Assembly: GCF_943193195.1 (NCBI RefSeq)
Contig: NZ_CALPDG010000043.1
Coordinates: forward strand, 1-24,000
Source of the DNA: Mediterraneibacter agrestimuris
GTDB lineage: Bacteria > Bacillota > Clostridia > Lachnospirales > Lachnospiraceae
Reading direction: 5' to 3'
Length of the DNA: 24,000 nt
A program made the position numbers and the translations under genes. Of this stretch, positions 8,084-16,187 are shown in pieces (the first letter of the stretch is position 1; each line of letters begins with the position of its first letter). The notes beneath the pieces were generated by a model. It was not told the origin of the DNA. It ran no database searches and saw only the letters and a program-made list of their open reading frames with translations.

Positions 8084-8392
8084 GATGCCGATTGTCATGT
8101 TAGATGATAAATTTATTACAAATTCAAGGAAACTAAAAAAATATTTTGGTTTCAGATGTAGTTTTTGAATTAAGATAGAAGTAACACATAGGTAGAAAAG
8201 GGAGAGATGAAATATTATAAGTTTTAAGATTTAGAAAGCGGTGAATCTATTAGGTTTGCTGCTTTTTATTTTAGAAATAGATTAGAAATACATAATATGA
8301 AAAAAGTATAAAAAAGTATAAAAGTATAAATAATGAAACCCAAATCCAACTCTCTTCGTATTGATAAAAAGTAGGTGGATTGGATTTGGACA

Positions 8393-8940
8393 ATGGATGA
8401 AAAGATTTTAATAAAGAAACTACAGAGAAAAGATTATTGATATGTACAGTACCTATATTACATACATTGTCTGGGGGTTATTGCATAAAAAAGGAACACG
8501 GGAAGACGTTGAGGGAGGTGGTAGCAGATACTTTTATTTCGCTATGGATGACAGCAGAACGTGTTGATTATAAGCATTATAGTAGTATTCGGGGATACAT
8601 AGGTACTATTGCGAGAAATAAAGCCAAAGATTGGTTGAGAACTCATCGAGGTGTAGATTTAGGCTTAGATGAGGATATCGTAAGTGCTGATCAGAATTTA
8701 GAATTATTGGTTTTACAAAAGGAACAACAAAAAATAGTCCAAAACACCTTGAAGGAGTTGAAGCAAGAGGATAGAAGCATTTTTACTAAGTATTATTATG
8801 AATGTATGAAAATCGAAGAAATAGCGGAAGATCTACAGATGAATCCACAAACAATTAAAACCAGACTACGACGGGGACGGGAAACTTTGAAACAAATTCT
8901 TCTGAAAGAGGGGTATAGGAGCAGTGAAATTGAGAATTAG
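8393..8940 (+). pseudogene. ECF-type sigma-70 family sigma factor, apparently disrupted by two frame changes near the 5' end
   Basis: MDEKILIKKLQRKDY-stop occupies one frame (8393-8440). REKIIDMYSTYITYIVWGLLHKKGTREDVE occupies a second frame (about 8424-8513). EVVADTFISLW...IARNKAKDWLR...region 4 (EIAEDLQMNPQTIKTRLRRGRETLK) occupies the third frame (8515-8940). Joined together, these read like a normal clostridial ECF sigma factor. Confidence 0.6.
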
Positions 8941-9646
8941 TGAAATGATGGATCATTCCAGCGAAATTTTGGAACATGATATGGCTTGTGACTTTATGGT
9001 GGATGAAGATCGTATAAAGCAAATTGTATTTTATAAAATTGGCTGTTCTAGAGTGAAAAATGGCAGAAGGAGTAAAAAAAGGTATGCAGCTATATTTGTT
9101 GCCACATTAGGGATTGGAGGAATGACCGCATGGGCACACAGTATTCTTAAATCTGCCGGAGAAATTAACGGAAATAAAAATGAAGTATTGGAAAGCCAAG
9201 AAGGAATCTCCATATCAGAAAATATGGAAGATCAGGAAGAAATTTTTGAACCGGATACGGCAACAGAGTGGATAACTGACGAAAATTTATGCAGAGATGG
9301 AGTACCGATTGCAAAATATATTATAGAATTACCAATACAAAAAGATGGAACTGTGCCGGAATGTTATTATTATGGCAAGACGAAAGAAACCTGTACACCG
9401 AGTACAAATTATAGAATCGTCTCTCATAAAAAACGTGAACCGGGAATCCCCAAAAAGGTTCCCGGTCTTGTTCTATTTTTTCGTATGTTCTTTTATAATA
9501 GGAGGAATCTGCCCCATCATATTGTCGATATCTTCAAACATAGCGCTTTTCGTGGTTCCCAGCTTGCTTGCTTTGCTTATATGTTTCACTACTTCCTGAT
9601 ATCCGTTTCTCAGCTGTTCAAAGAATCCGCAAAGCATTTGGAGTGA
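8924..9646 (+). CDS. Anti-sigma-factor-like single-pass membrane protein; the 3' end is unreliable
   Basis: The start overlaps the sigma gene stop. It has a short cytoplasmic N-terminus, one TM segment (YAAIFVATLGIGGMTAWAHSIL) and an extracytoplasmic tail. The frame has no stop before the hairpin at 9439-9466 and runs antisense into the convergent MCP gene, so the last 60 or so codons are very unlikely to be real. Confidence 0.4.
   Translation: MKLRISEMMDHSSEILEHDMACDFMVDEDRIKQIVFYKIGCSRVKNGRRSKKRYAAIFVATLGIGGMTAWAHSILKSAGEINGNKNEVLESQEGISISENMEDQEEIFEPDTATEWITDENLCRDGVPIAKYIIELPIQKDGTVPECYYYGKTKETCTPSTNYRIVSHKKREPGIPKKVPGLVLFFRMFFYNRRNLPHHIVDIFKHSAFRGSQLACFAYMFHYFLISVSQLFKESAKHLE
9439..9480. 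terminator. Bidirectional intrinsic terminator between convergent genes
   Basis: ACCGGGAA (9439-9446) pairs with TTCCCGGT (9459-9466) around a 12-nt loop. A T-run follows on the plus strand (ctattttttcg), and an A-run on the left (cataaaaaacg) gives a T-run on the minus strand. Confidence 0.7.
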
Positions 9647-10417
9647 CATCTTTGACTCATCGAGCACTTTGGAGATCTCAGACTGCACATCCTTGGCGCC
9701 TTCTGCCGATTGTGTGATTTTATCAAACATATCGTAGGTTTCGTTTACCTTAAACAGACTTTCTCCCAAAGCTTTCTGCGACTCTGCAATGCTGTTGTTA
9801 AGCCGCTCTGTTCCTGCCTCCACATCATGGATGCCGGAGTCCACTTCGCCGGTCAAATTCTTGATTTGATCCGCAAGTTTTTTTACTTCCACTGCGACTA
9901 CTGCAAATCCCTTTCCCTGCTGTCCGGCTCTTGCAGCTTCTATAGAAGCATTCAGTGCAAGGAGGTTCGTCTGTTCGGCAATGGCTACAATGCTGCTGGT
10001 ACAACGCTTAATTTTCTCCACCGACTGCTGCAGAGACTCAAATGTATTTTCCATTTCACCGAAGTGGGCTTCTACTTGAATGGAGCTGGTTCTCAGTTCC
10101 TCAACCCCCCTTTGGGCGTGGTCAACCGATTGGTCAATATTCTGTTTGACAGCGGCAAATTCACCGGACACCTGTTCAATATTTGAAAAATTCAGGTCGA
10201 ACTGCTGTAATTTATCCTGAAAGTTTTCTGCTTCGTTAAGTATTTTTCCGAAGGAACTTCCTATATTGCCCAATTCCTGCAGGGATTCCACCTCTTTTTG
10301 CACCAGCTCGGTACGGTAGTCCTTCAAACTTTCCATTACATGGAGTACCGGATACAGATCGTTTGTGTCTTCAGGCATCTTTTTTGTATCTTTCTTATCT
10401 CTATTCCAAAACATCAT
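9473..10417 (-). CDS. Soluble methyl-accepting chemotaxis protein (signaling domain only, no TM segments)
   Basis: AEQTNLLALNASIEAARAGQQGKGFAVVAVEVKKLADQ is the highly conserved MCP hairpin-tip motif. The ORF track starts at TTG 10435. I prefer the ATG at 10417, preceded by AAGGGGGA, which also removes the overlap with the upstream gene. Confidence 0.85.
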   Translation of the reverse strand: MMFWNRDKKDTKKMPEDTNDLYPVLHVMESLKDYRTELVQKEVESLQELGNIGSSFGKILNEAENFQDKLQQFDLNFSNIEQVSGEFAAVKQNIDQSVDHAQRGVEELRTSSIQVEAHFGEMENTFESLQQSVEKIKRCTSSIVAIAEQTNLLALNASIEAARAGQQGKGFAVVAVEVKKLADQIKNLTGEVDSGIHDVEAGTERLNNSIAESQKALGESLFKVNETYDMFDKITQSAEGAKDVQSEISKVLDESKMSLQMLCGFFEQLRNGYQEVVKHISKASKLGTTKSAMFEDIDNMMGQIPPIIKEHTKK

Positions 10418-10427
10418 GAATCCCCCT

Positions 10428-11483
10428 TTACTCAAACACTACGCAGGTCATGGACTGGTTCACGAAGCGGTTATTATAGTGTTCTCCATATCCCACAAAG
10501 CCTGCATGTGATCCCAACAAACTCATATCGTTCAAATACTCCTGCATATAGTGGTTGTCGGTAAACAGTAAATATCTGAACAGGCAGTTTACGGAAAATA
10601 CTGCGGAAATCCGGGAGAAATCCTGTTGTATCTGACGAATCGTATTCCTTACAGTCTCTTTATAATCGCCTAATTCCAAAAGAACCAATACATCCGAATC
10701 ATTTACCTGCCGAAAGCATGTCAAAGCATCTCCTTTTACTTCCTTGATGGAAACAATGCAGGTGTCGTCTCCGTTAATTTTACCGAAAGGATTCTTGAAG
10801 GTCTGTGTTGTGATTTCTTTCTCTGTTATATGTAGAATGTCCTGATAAACCCGCTTTGCCGGATATCCGTTTAATGCCCCCATAACATAATTTGCCTTAT
10901 CTGTCCGAGATGCGATAAACCGATATTGGTCTAATGGATGGTAGATATTCTCTTTATATGCTTTTACCTTTCCGTTTTGGTTCTTCACTATTGCATAGGC
11001 AACAGCGTCCTCATAGACTCTGCCGTTTGCTGACACTTTTCCTGCATCGCCGGTTCCTCCCACTAGGGAAATATTTTTTCGCTTTAACACGGAATAAATC
11101 GTGGTAAGTACACAAGCATCGTTTCCTGAGCATAGGTCGATACATATCGTATCGTTCTGGGAGCCGTTCACGCGTTTTACGTCCTCCTCAAGGCGCTGGA
11201 TATATTTTACAGGCATAACAGATACTTCCTCTAATACGTTTGCAGCTGCGGCAACGCCGTCATAAAATGCAACAACGCCGACACCTTTCTCAACTACTTT
11301 AGTGTCGTAACTCATACCGATACATCCAATACTTGGCACTTCGGGAAAAAGCTTCTCCAATTCTACTACGTGTTTCTCAAACTGATTACTATTAGAAAAC
11401 AGCATAATAAATTGAGGTCTGCTTAATCCACGAACCGCGTCTGTTAAATTTCCCTGCTGGCTCATTCCGAAAAACTGTTTCAT
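10428..11483 (-). CDS. FIST-domain sensor protein (FIST_N plus FIST_C like)
   Basis: The N-terminal pattern PQFIMLFSNSNQFEKHVVELEKLFPEVPSIGCIGMSYDT...GVGVVAF matches the FIST layout (previous-state/Fxx block, then a G-C-x-x-x-G block). It lies immediately upstream of an MCP, which is the usual FIST context. The call is made by eye only. Confidence 0.55.
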   Translation of the reverse strand: MKQFFGMSQQGNLTDAVRGLSRPQFIMLFSNSNQFEKHVVELEKLFPEVPSIGCIGMSYDTKVVEKGVGVVAFYDGVAAAANVLEEVSVMPVKYIQRLEEDVKRVNGSQNDTICIDLCSGNDACVLTTIYSVLKRKNISLVGGTGDAGKVSANGRVYEDAVAYAIVKNQNGKVKAYKENIYHPLDQYRFIASRTDKANYVMGALNGYPAKRVYQDILHITEKEITTQTFKNPFGKINGDDTCIVSIKEVKGDALTCFRQVNDSDVLVLLELGDYKETVRNTIRQIQQDFSRISAVFSVNCLFRYLLFTDNHYMQEYLNDMSLLGSHAGFVGYGEHYNNRFVNQSMTCVVFE

Positions 11484-11578
11484 TATGCGGTCCTCTCTTT
11501 CGTTTTCGTATCTTTAACGTATATATTATAGGATATTTACAGATAAAGCGTCAACATTTTTTTCCAATTATAATCCAT

Positions 11579-11607
11579 TTGATTAATTTATAAGAACGTG
11601 ATATAAC
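11579..11607 (+). promoter_or_regulatory. Candidate sigma-A promoter for the 11639 gene
   Basis: TTGATT (11579-11584), a 17-nt spacer and TATAAC (11602-11607), followed by SD GGAGGG before the ATG at 11639. Confidence 0.35.
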
Positions 11608-11638
11608 TTAAGTTAAGTTGTAAATTTGGAGGGATTTT

Positions 11639-13012
11639 ATGCGGATTAATTCTAGTTCCAGTCTTTTCTATTCGAGAAACTGTTTTTCATCCATTCAGAA
11701 TAAAAATTTGAGGACTTCTGCTGTTAATACAAGAAGTAATGTGGTGATTGATTCCTTATATGGCGGTAATAAGGAAATCACCAAAGAAGACGCGCTCATG
11801 TATAAGTATTGGCAAGAGAACCCGCTTTCTATTTTCGATAAGGATGCAGGTTCTAAAATGATTCATGACGTATCGCAGATTCCAAAAGAATATATGGATA
11901 ATCTGAACAACACAGAAATTACAGAATGGGACAAAAACAGATTAAATTATGCATTAGACTTCAGCATCATGGACAGCGATATTGATACCAATTTAAACCG
12001 TCTTGCAGCAACTTATATCACGACGCTGGAGCATTTAGAAACAAACTTTAGTGGTGAGAAACTTGAAAATTACAGAAAGGAACTGGAATCAATTGTTTCT
12101 GGAATCTCAGAGAAGATTGCCAATCATTTTTCACAAAAAGTCGGCGATTTTTTAGAAGAGAATGGGCTGCAAAATGAAACCCAAAAAATATATGATAGTA
12201 TTATGTCTGAATATCATAAAAAAGTGTCTTCCTATACTGAGTTTGCAGAGAACAATAAGGATTATGCTCATTTAAAAAATTCAGAAGACCGGTGGCTGGT
12301 AAATGACATCGCATATATGTCACAGCAGCTGCAAAAAGCTGCAGCAGAAAAAACACAAAATCAGGGACTTTCTGACAGTCACTACTCTTTGGAAGAAATA
12401 TCTTTTGCCAGCCGTATGGTAGATGAAGTCAATCAGACAAAATTATTTTCATCTCTTGGAAATGAAGAAAGTGTTGGTATGGAAGTAGGAGTACTTCTTT
12501 TAAAAACCAAATTGTTTTCAGAAAATGAACATGTATCGGAAGGGCTTGCTAGCAAAATGACATCATCTATCAAAGGCTATATTAGGAAAAAAATCGATCA
12601 GGAAAATAATAGAATTCTTGACATGTACGACAAGCCTTATTATGATAAGGACAGAAATCCGATCTATGATATATCCGCAATTTATGCGGTCAGCGATAGA
12701 TTCCTGTCCATCTATCAAGAGAATCAGAATGACTATCATAAGACCATTCTTGAGGGGATTAAATTTGCACAAAGCAGGAGTGATCAAAAGGAATTTTCAA
12801 AGGGGTTCATTGACAGATACAAAGATAATAAATATTGGGATTACTTTTTTGATAATTCTGCTGTCTTTTCATCCAAATATTATCAGGCAGTAAAAGGATA
12901 TGACAGCAGAACAGAATTTGCGAAATTATTAGAATCATGGAATCAATTTTCTTTTGATATTACTGGTTCTGATAGATATTGTTTGGAGTTTAATAATAGA
13001 AGTTATATTTAA
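11639..13012 (+). CDS. Hypothetical protein, 457 aa, no recognised domain
   Basis: A long ORF with a good SD (TTGGAGGGATTTTATG). It is hydrophilic and acidic/Lys-rich, with no signal peptide or TM segment visible. Confidence 0.6.
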   Translation: MRINSSSSLFYSRNCFSSIQNKNLRTSAVNTRSNVVIDSLYGGNKEITKEDALMYKYWQENPLSIFDKDAGSKMIHDVSQIPKEYMDNLNNTEITEWDKNRLNYALDFSIMDSDIDTNLNRLAATYITTLEHLETNFSGEKLENYRKELESIVSGISEKIANHFSQKVGDFLEENGLQNETQKIYDSIMSEYHKKVSSYTEFAENNKDYAHLKNSEDRWLVNDIAYMSQQLQKAAAEKTQNQGLSDSHYSLEEISFASRMVDEVNQTKLFSSLGNEESVGMEVGVLLLKTKLFSENEHVSEGLASKMTSSIKGYIRKKIDQENNRILDMYDKPYYDKDRNPIYDISAIYAVSDRFLSIYQENQNDYHKTILEGIKFAQSRSDQKEFSKGFIDRYKDNKYWDYFFDNSAVFSSKYYQAVKGYDSRTEFAKLLESWNQFSFDITGSDRYCLEFNNRSYI

Positions 13013-13259
13013 GCGCTCCTTTTCTTAAATACAAAATGCCGGTTTTGTTTAATAAGCTCATGTTAGATTTCATTAGGCAGAACGGGCATTTTTTAATCTA
13101 TTTGGGGGCACCTGCCCAGTAGGGATTATCCGTTAACGAGTTCGCAAAATGCAGTCAAATTTAAAATTACTGAATATTCTTGCACCGAGGAAACCATAAT
13201 TCCGGTAATATGGAAACTGTCATGTTCTATAGATTATAAAAGAAAGAATTGACAGATGA

Positions 13260-13538
13260 TTGATACAATCCAATAGAGTCAAGACTTACGCATTCATTTA
13301 CAGCATTGTGGAAACTGTAAAAGCCAATAATCTGAAATCTTTTGATTATGTGCAGTATCTCTTGGAAGAAATCCCGAAATACATGGATAAATGCATACGG
13401 CTTCATTGTGATCGTGCTTACAACGAAGCCTGTGCAGTTTGGAATATGGATGACGAAGGTTACTGGCGGGAAAATTACAAAGGCATTGGTTACTTTTCAC
13501 ACCTACGGTGCTCAAAGCAACGAATCCGGTCTATTTAA
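13260..13538 (+). pseudogene. 5'-truncated remnant of an IS66-family transposase (C-terminal end only)
   Basis: SNRVKTYAFIYSIVETVKANNLKSFDYVQYLLEEIPK (about 13269-13380) matches the conserved IS66 TnpC C-terminal block (..A.iYSliETaKaNgl.P..YL.yLLE.lP). An in-frame stop lies immediately upstream at 13257-13259, and no catalytic domain is present. Confidence 0.6.
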
Positions 13539-13566
13539 AGTTGCCTTACGGCAAGAGACCGGATTC
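13522..13566. other. Perfect 11-bp inverted repeat with a nested 5-bp hairpin, inside a GC-rich patch
   Basis: GAATCCGGTCT (13522-13532) pairs with AGACCGGATTC (13556-13566). Inside it, TTGCC-ttac-GGCAA lies at 13541-13554. The hairpin spans the stop codon of the IS66 remnant. Confidence 0.6.
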
Positions 13567-13754
13567 CAGCCCCGATACTGTACTGGTCTCAGGCCGTGCA
13601 GCGTAGTGCCCGGCCCGGGTGTGAACTGTAACAGGCATTGACAACGGGGCATTATGAGAAAAGTTAGGTATAGGCTTTTGGATGTATCTTTGTTATAATA
13701 TAGTTAATAGAGAAGGAGTGTGAATGACATGGTTAGAGAAAAAAACGCCTTCCG

Positions 13755-15476
13755 GTGGGAGTAGAAAATTTTGAGCAGATTATTAACGATAACTATTATT
13801 ATGTGGATAAAACAGGACTGATTTCAGAACTGCTCCGCTATGGCGGAATGGTAAATCTCTTTACAAGGCCAAGACGTTTTGGGAAAACCTTAAATATGAG
13901 TATGCTGGAACACTTTTTTTCCATAGAAGGAGAGAAGAGTATCTTTGATGGATTGGAAATTTCAAAAGATACAAAACTGTGTGAAGCGTATATGGGAAAA
14001 TATCCGTTTATTTCAATTTCCCTGAAAGGAATCAATGCAGCCACTTATGAGGATGCATTTGATTTTGCAGTTCAGATTATGAAGAATGTAGCAGGTAAAA
14101 TGCAGTTTCTTTTGGAAAGCGGGAATCTAAGTGATTTTGATAAGTCAGAATATAAGAAACTTTTAGATAGTGGAATGAGTAAAGCTGTATTTTGCAGCGG
14201 ATTGAAAACTTTATCGGAATTATTGGAGAAACATTATGGAACAAAAGTAGTTCTTTTGATTGATGAGTATGATGTTCCATTAGCAAAGGCGTTTGAAAAT
14301 GGGTATTATGAGCAAATGATATTTTTAATCCGTAATCTGCTGGAACAGGCACTAAAAACAAACAACAGTCTGAAATTTGCAGTAATGACCGGATGTATGC
14401 GCATTTCAAAAGAGAGTATTTTTACGGGGCTTAATAACCTGAAAGTATTATCCATTACAGATGAACGTTATGATGAATATTTTGGTTTTACGGATACGGA
14501 AGTAAGAGAAATGCTGAAGTATTATGAAACAGAGGATCAATATGGAGAAATCAAAAGCTGGTACGATGGGTATCAGTTTGGCGGCGTAGAAGTGTATTGC
14601 CCGTGGGATGTATTGAACCACTGTGATAAAATCAAAGACCATGCAAATGTGTTTGCGGAAAACTATTGGATCAACACCAGCAGTAATGATGCTGTCAAGA
14701 AATTCATTCAAATGTCCGACAATCTTAAAACCAAGCGTGAGATTGAAATTCTGCTTGCCGGTGAGGAAATCACAAAAGAGATTCATCAGGAGCTGATTTA
14801 CCCGGAGATGTATCAGTCTTTGGAGAACGTCTGGAGTCTTTTATTTATGACGGGATATTTAACGCAGCGTGGAAGGGTTGATGCAAAGCGGTATAAACTT
14901 GCGATACCGAATCTGGAAATCCGGAATATTTTTGAAACACAGATCATGGAATACTTCAAAGAGAGCGTTGCAAAAGACGGCGATACGTTAAGCCGGTTCT
15001 GTGATGCCCTGAAAAACGGAGAGGAAACGAAGGTAGAGGAGATTTTTGAAAGATACCTGAAAAAGACCATCAGTATCCGGGATACGTTTGTGAGAAAAAC
15101 AAGTAAGGAGAACTTGCCCACAGGGAAAGCGACCACTAAGGAGACTAAAGAACAGTCTCCAAGTGTCTGCTTTTATCATGGGATACTGCTTGGAATTCTG
15201 GGCGTGAAGGAAGAATGGTATGTATCGTCCAATCAGGAAAGCGGCGAAGGATACAGCGATATCCTCGTTGAAACCGAAAACAGTGAAACAGTCATCCTCA
15301 TCGAAGTCAAGTATGCCAATGACGGAAATCTTGATCAGGCTTGTGAACGGGCGCTGCAGCAGATAGAGGAAAAGAAGTATGATGAAGAACTCCGGGAAAA
15401 CGGAGTGGATAAAATTTTAAAATATGGGATTGCATGTTATATGAAACGCTGCAAAGTACAACTGGCAGAGGAATAA
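13755..15476 (+). CDS. Predicted AAA-ATPase (AAA-ATPase_like N-domain) fused to a PD-(D/E)xK nuclease-fold C-domain (DUF1703/PDDEXK_9 type)
   Basis: The N-terminus is GVENFEQIINDNYYYVDKTGLISELL...FTRPRRFGKTLNMSMLEHFF, with LLIDEYDVPL as a Walker-B-like motif. The C-terminus is FYHGILLGILG...SNQESGEGYSDILVE...ILIEVKY...ALQQIEEKKY. The start is problematic (see findings). Confidence 0.8.
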   Translation: MGVENFEQIINDNYYYVDKTGLISELLRYGGMVNLFTRPRRFGKTLNMSMLEHFFSIEGEKSIFDGLEISKDTKLCEAYMGKYPFISISLKGINAATYEDAFDFAVQIMKNVAGKMQFLLESGNLSDFDKSEYKKLLDSGMSKAVFCSGLKTLSELLEKHYGTKVVLLIDEYDVPLAKAFENGYYEQMIFLIRNLLEQALKTNNSLKFAVMTGCMRISKESIFTGLNNLKVLSITDERYDEYFGFTDTEVREMLKYYETEDQYGEIKSWYDGYQFGGVEVYCPWDVLNHCDKIKDHANVFAENYWINTSSNDAVKKFIQMSDNLKTKREIEILLAGEEITKEIHQELIYPEMYQSLENVWSLLFMTGYLTQRGRVDAKRYKLAIPNLEIRNIFETQIMEYFKESVAKDGDTLSRFCDALKNGEETKVEEIFERYLKKTISIRDTFVRKTSKENLPTGKATTKETKEQSPSVCFYHGILLGILGVKEEWYVSSNQESGEGYSDILVETENSETVILIEVKYANDGNLDQACERALQQIEEKKYDEELRENGVDKILKYGIACYMKRCKVQLAEE

Positions 15477-15507
15477 TATACCAGAATGCGATCGGGTTAT
15501 AAAAATG

Positions 15508-15539
15508 CGGAGCTGTAATGACACAGTTCCGTTTTTTTT
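15508..15539 (+). terminator. Rho-independent terminator
   Basis: CGGAGCTGT (15508-15516) pairs with ACAGTTCCG (15523-15531), with one G-U pair and a 6-nt loop, followed by T8. Confidence 0.75.
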
Positions 15540-15699
15540 ATGGCCTGATTTATGTATGAGCCAGAAGAAGGGAGATGAAAGGGTATGCACATACGGGAGA
15601 GTCCGCCCCCAGATATGCCGGGCAGTAACAAGGCAGACATATAGCGCTGCTACGAAATTCAGGGATTAAAAAATCAACAACAGGAAAGGAGTTTTGCGA

Positions 15700-16094
15700 T
15701 TGAAAAATTGGAGACGCAGATGGCTGGCGGGAACGCTGGCTTTTCTTTTGTCCTGTTCCGTACTTCCGTACTTGTTTCTTCTGGAAATATGGTATTTGCA
15801 GCACCGGGAGAGAAGACGGCAGGAGAGAAAATAAAATCGACAAAGGAGGAAAAGGGCGATGAGAGAGGGGAACAGATCACCGCCGAAACCCTGACGATTG
15901 AGCAGGGAGAAACATTTGAAATTGAAAAAGATTTTACAGGTCTTTCTTTGAAAAAAGGTGAAAAGGCTGCCTTGAAAGATGTTGTCAGTGAAGACGGGCA
16001 GGGATTTTTTGCGGACCGTCCGGGCACATATCTGAGTACCTATCTGATTACACCGGAAAAGGGTGACAGTTATGAAGCAATGTCATTTAGATAA
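15700..16094 (+). pseudogene. Small secreted protein gene disrupted in its signal peptide by an 8-bp tandem duplication
   Basis: SD AGGAAAGGAG precedes TTG 15700, which encodes (M)KNWRRRWLAGTLAFLLSCSVL. The sequence TTCCGTAC occurs twice in tandem (15756-15763 and 15764-15771). Removing one copy joins this start to VSSGNMVFA/APGEKTAGEK..., the frame of ORF 15708-16094. Confidence 0.65.
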
Positions 16095-16100
16095 TAATCT

Positions 16101-16137
16101 GAGTTAGATTCTTACAATAGGGTCTAACTCATTTTTT
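16101..16137 (+). terminator. Candidate intrinsic terminator
   Basis: GAGTTAGA (16101-16108) pairs with TCTAACTC (16123-16130) around a 14-nt loop, followed by ATTTTTT. Confidence 0.45.
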
Positions 16138-16187
16138 AAATATTTTCATGATAACTGTTGACACAATAGTTCAAATGTGCGGTCGCT

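Noticed and set aside
8085-8168. 27-codon ORF after the AgrB-like gene as a possible AgrD autoinducer precursor
   Set aside because: Only two residues follow its single Cys, so a 5-residue thiolactone plus a C-terminal recognition tail is impossible. The SD is weak, and the adjacent AgrB-like protein lacks catalytic residues.
9345-10564. Plus-strand ORFs 9345-9599, 9710-10186 and 10298-10564
   Set aside because: All are antisense to the well-supported MCP and FIST genes and have no motifs of their own.
13838-15179. Minus-strand ORFs inside 13755-15476 (13838-14044, 14077-14409, 14448-14786, 14813-15136 and 14988-15179)
   Set aside because: They are antisense shadows of a gene with strong family motifs on the plus strand.
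15550-16027. Minus-strand ORFs 15550-15843 and 15674-16027
   Set aside because: They are antisense to the secreted-protein gene, whose SD, signal peptide and terminator are all on the plus strand. Their translations are Ser/Pro-rich and low in complexity.
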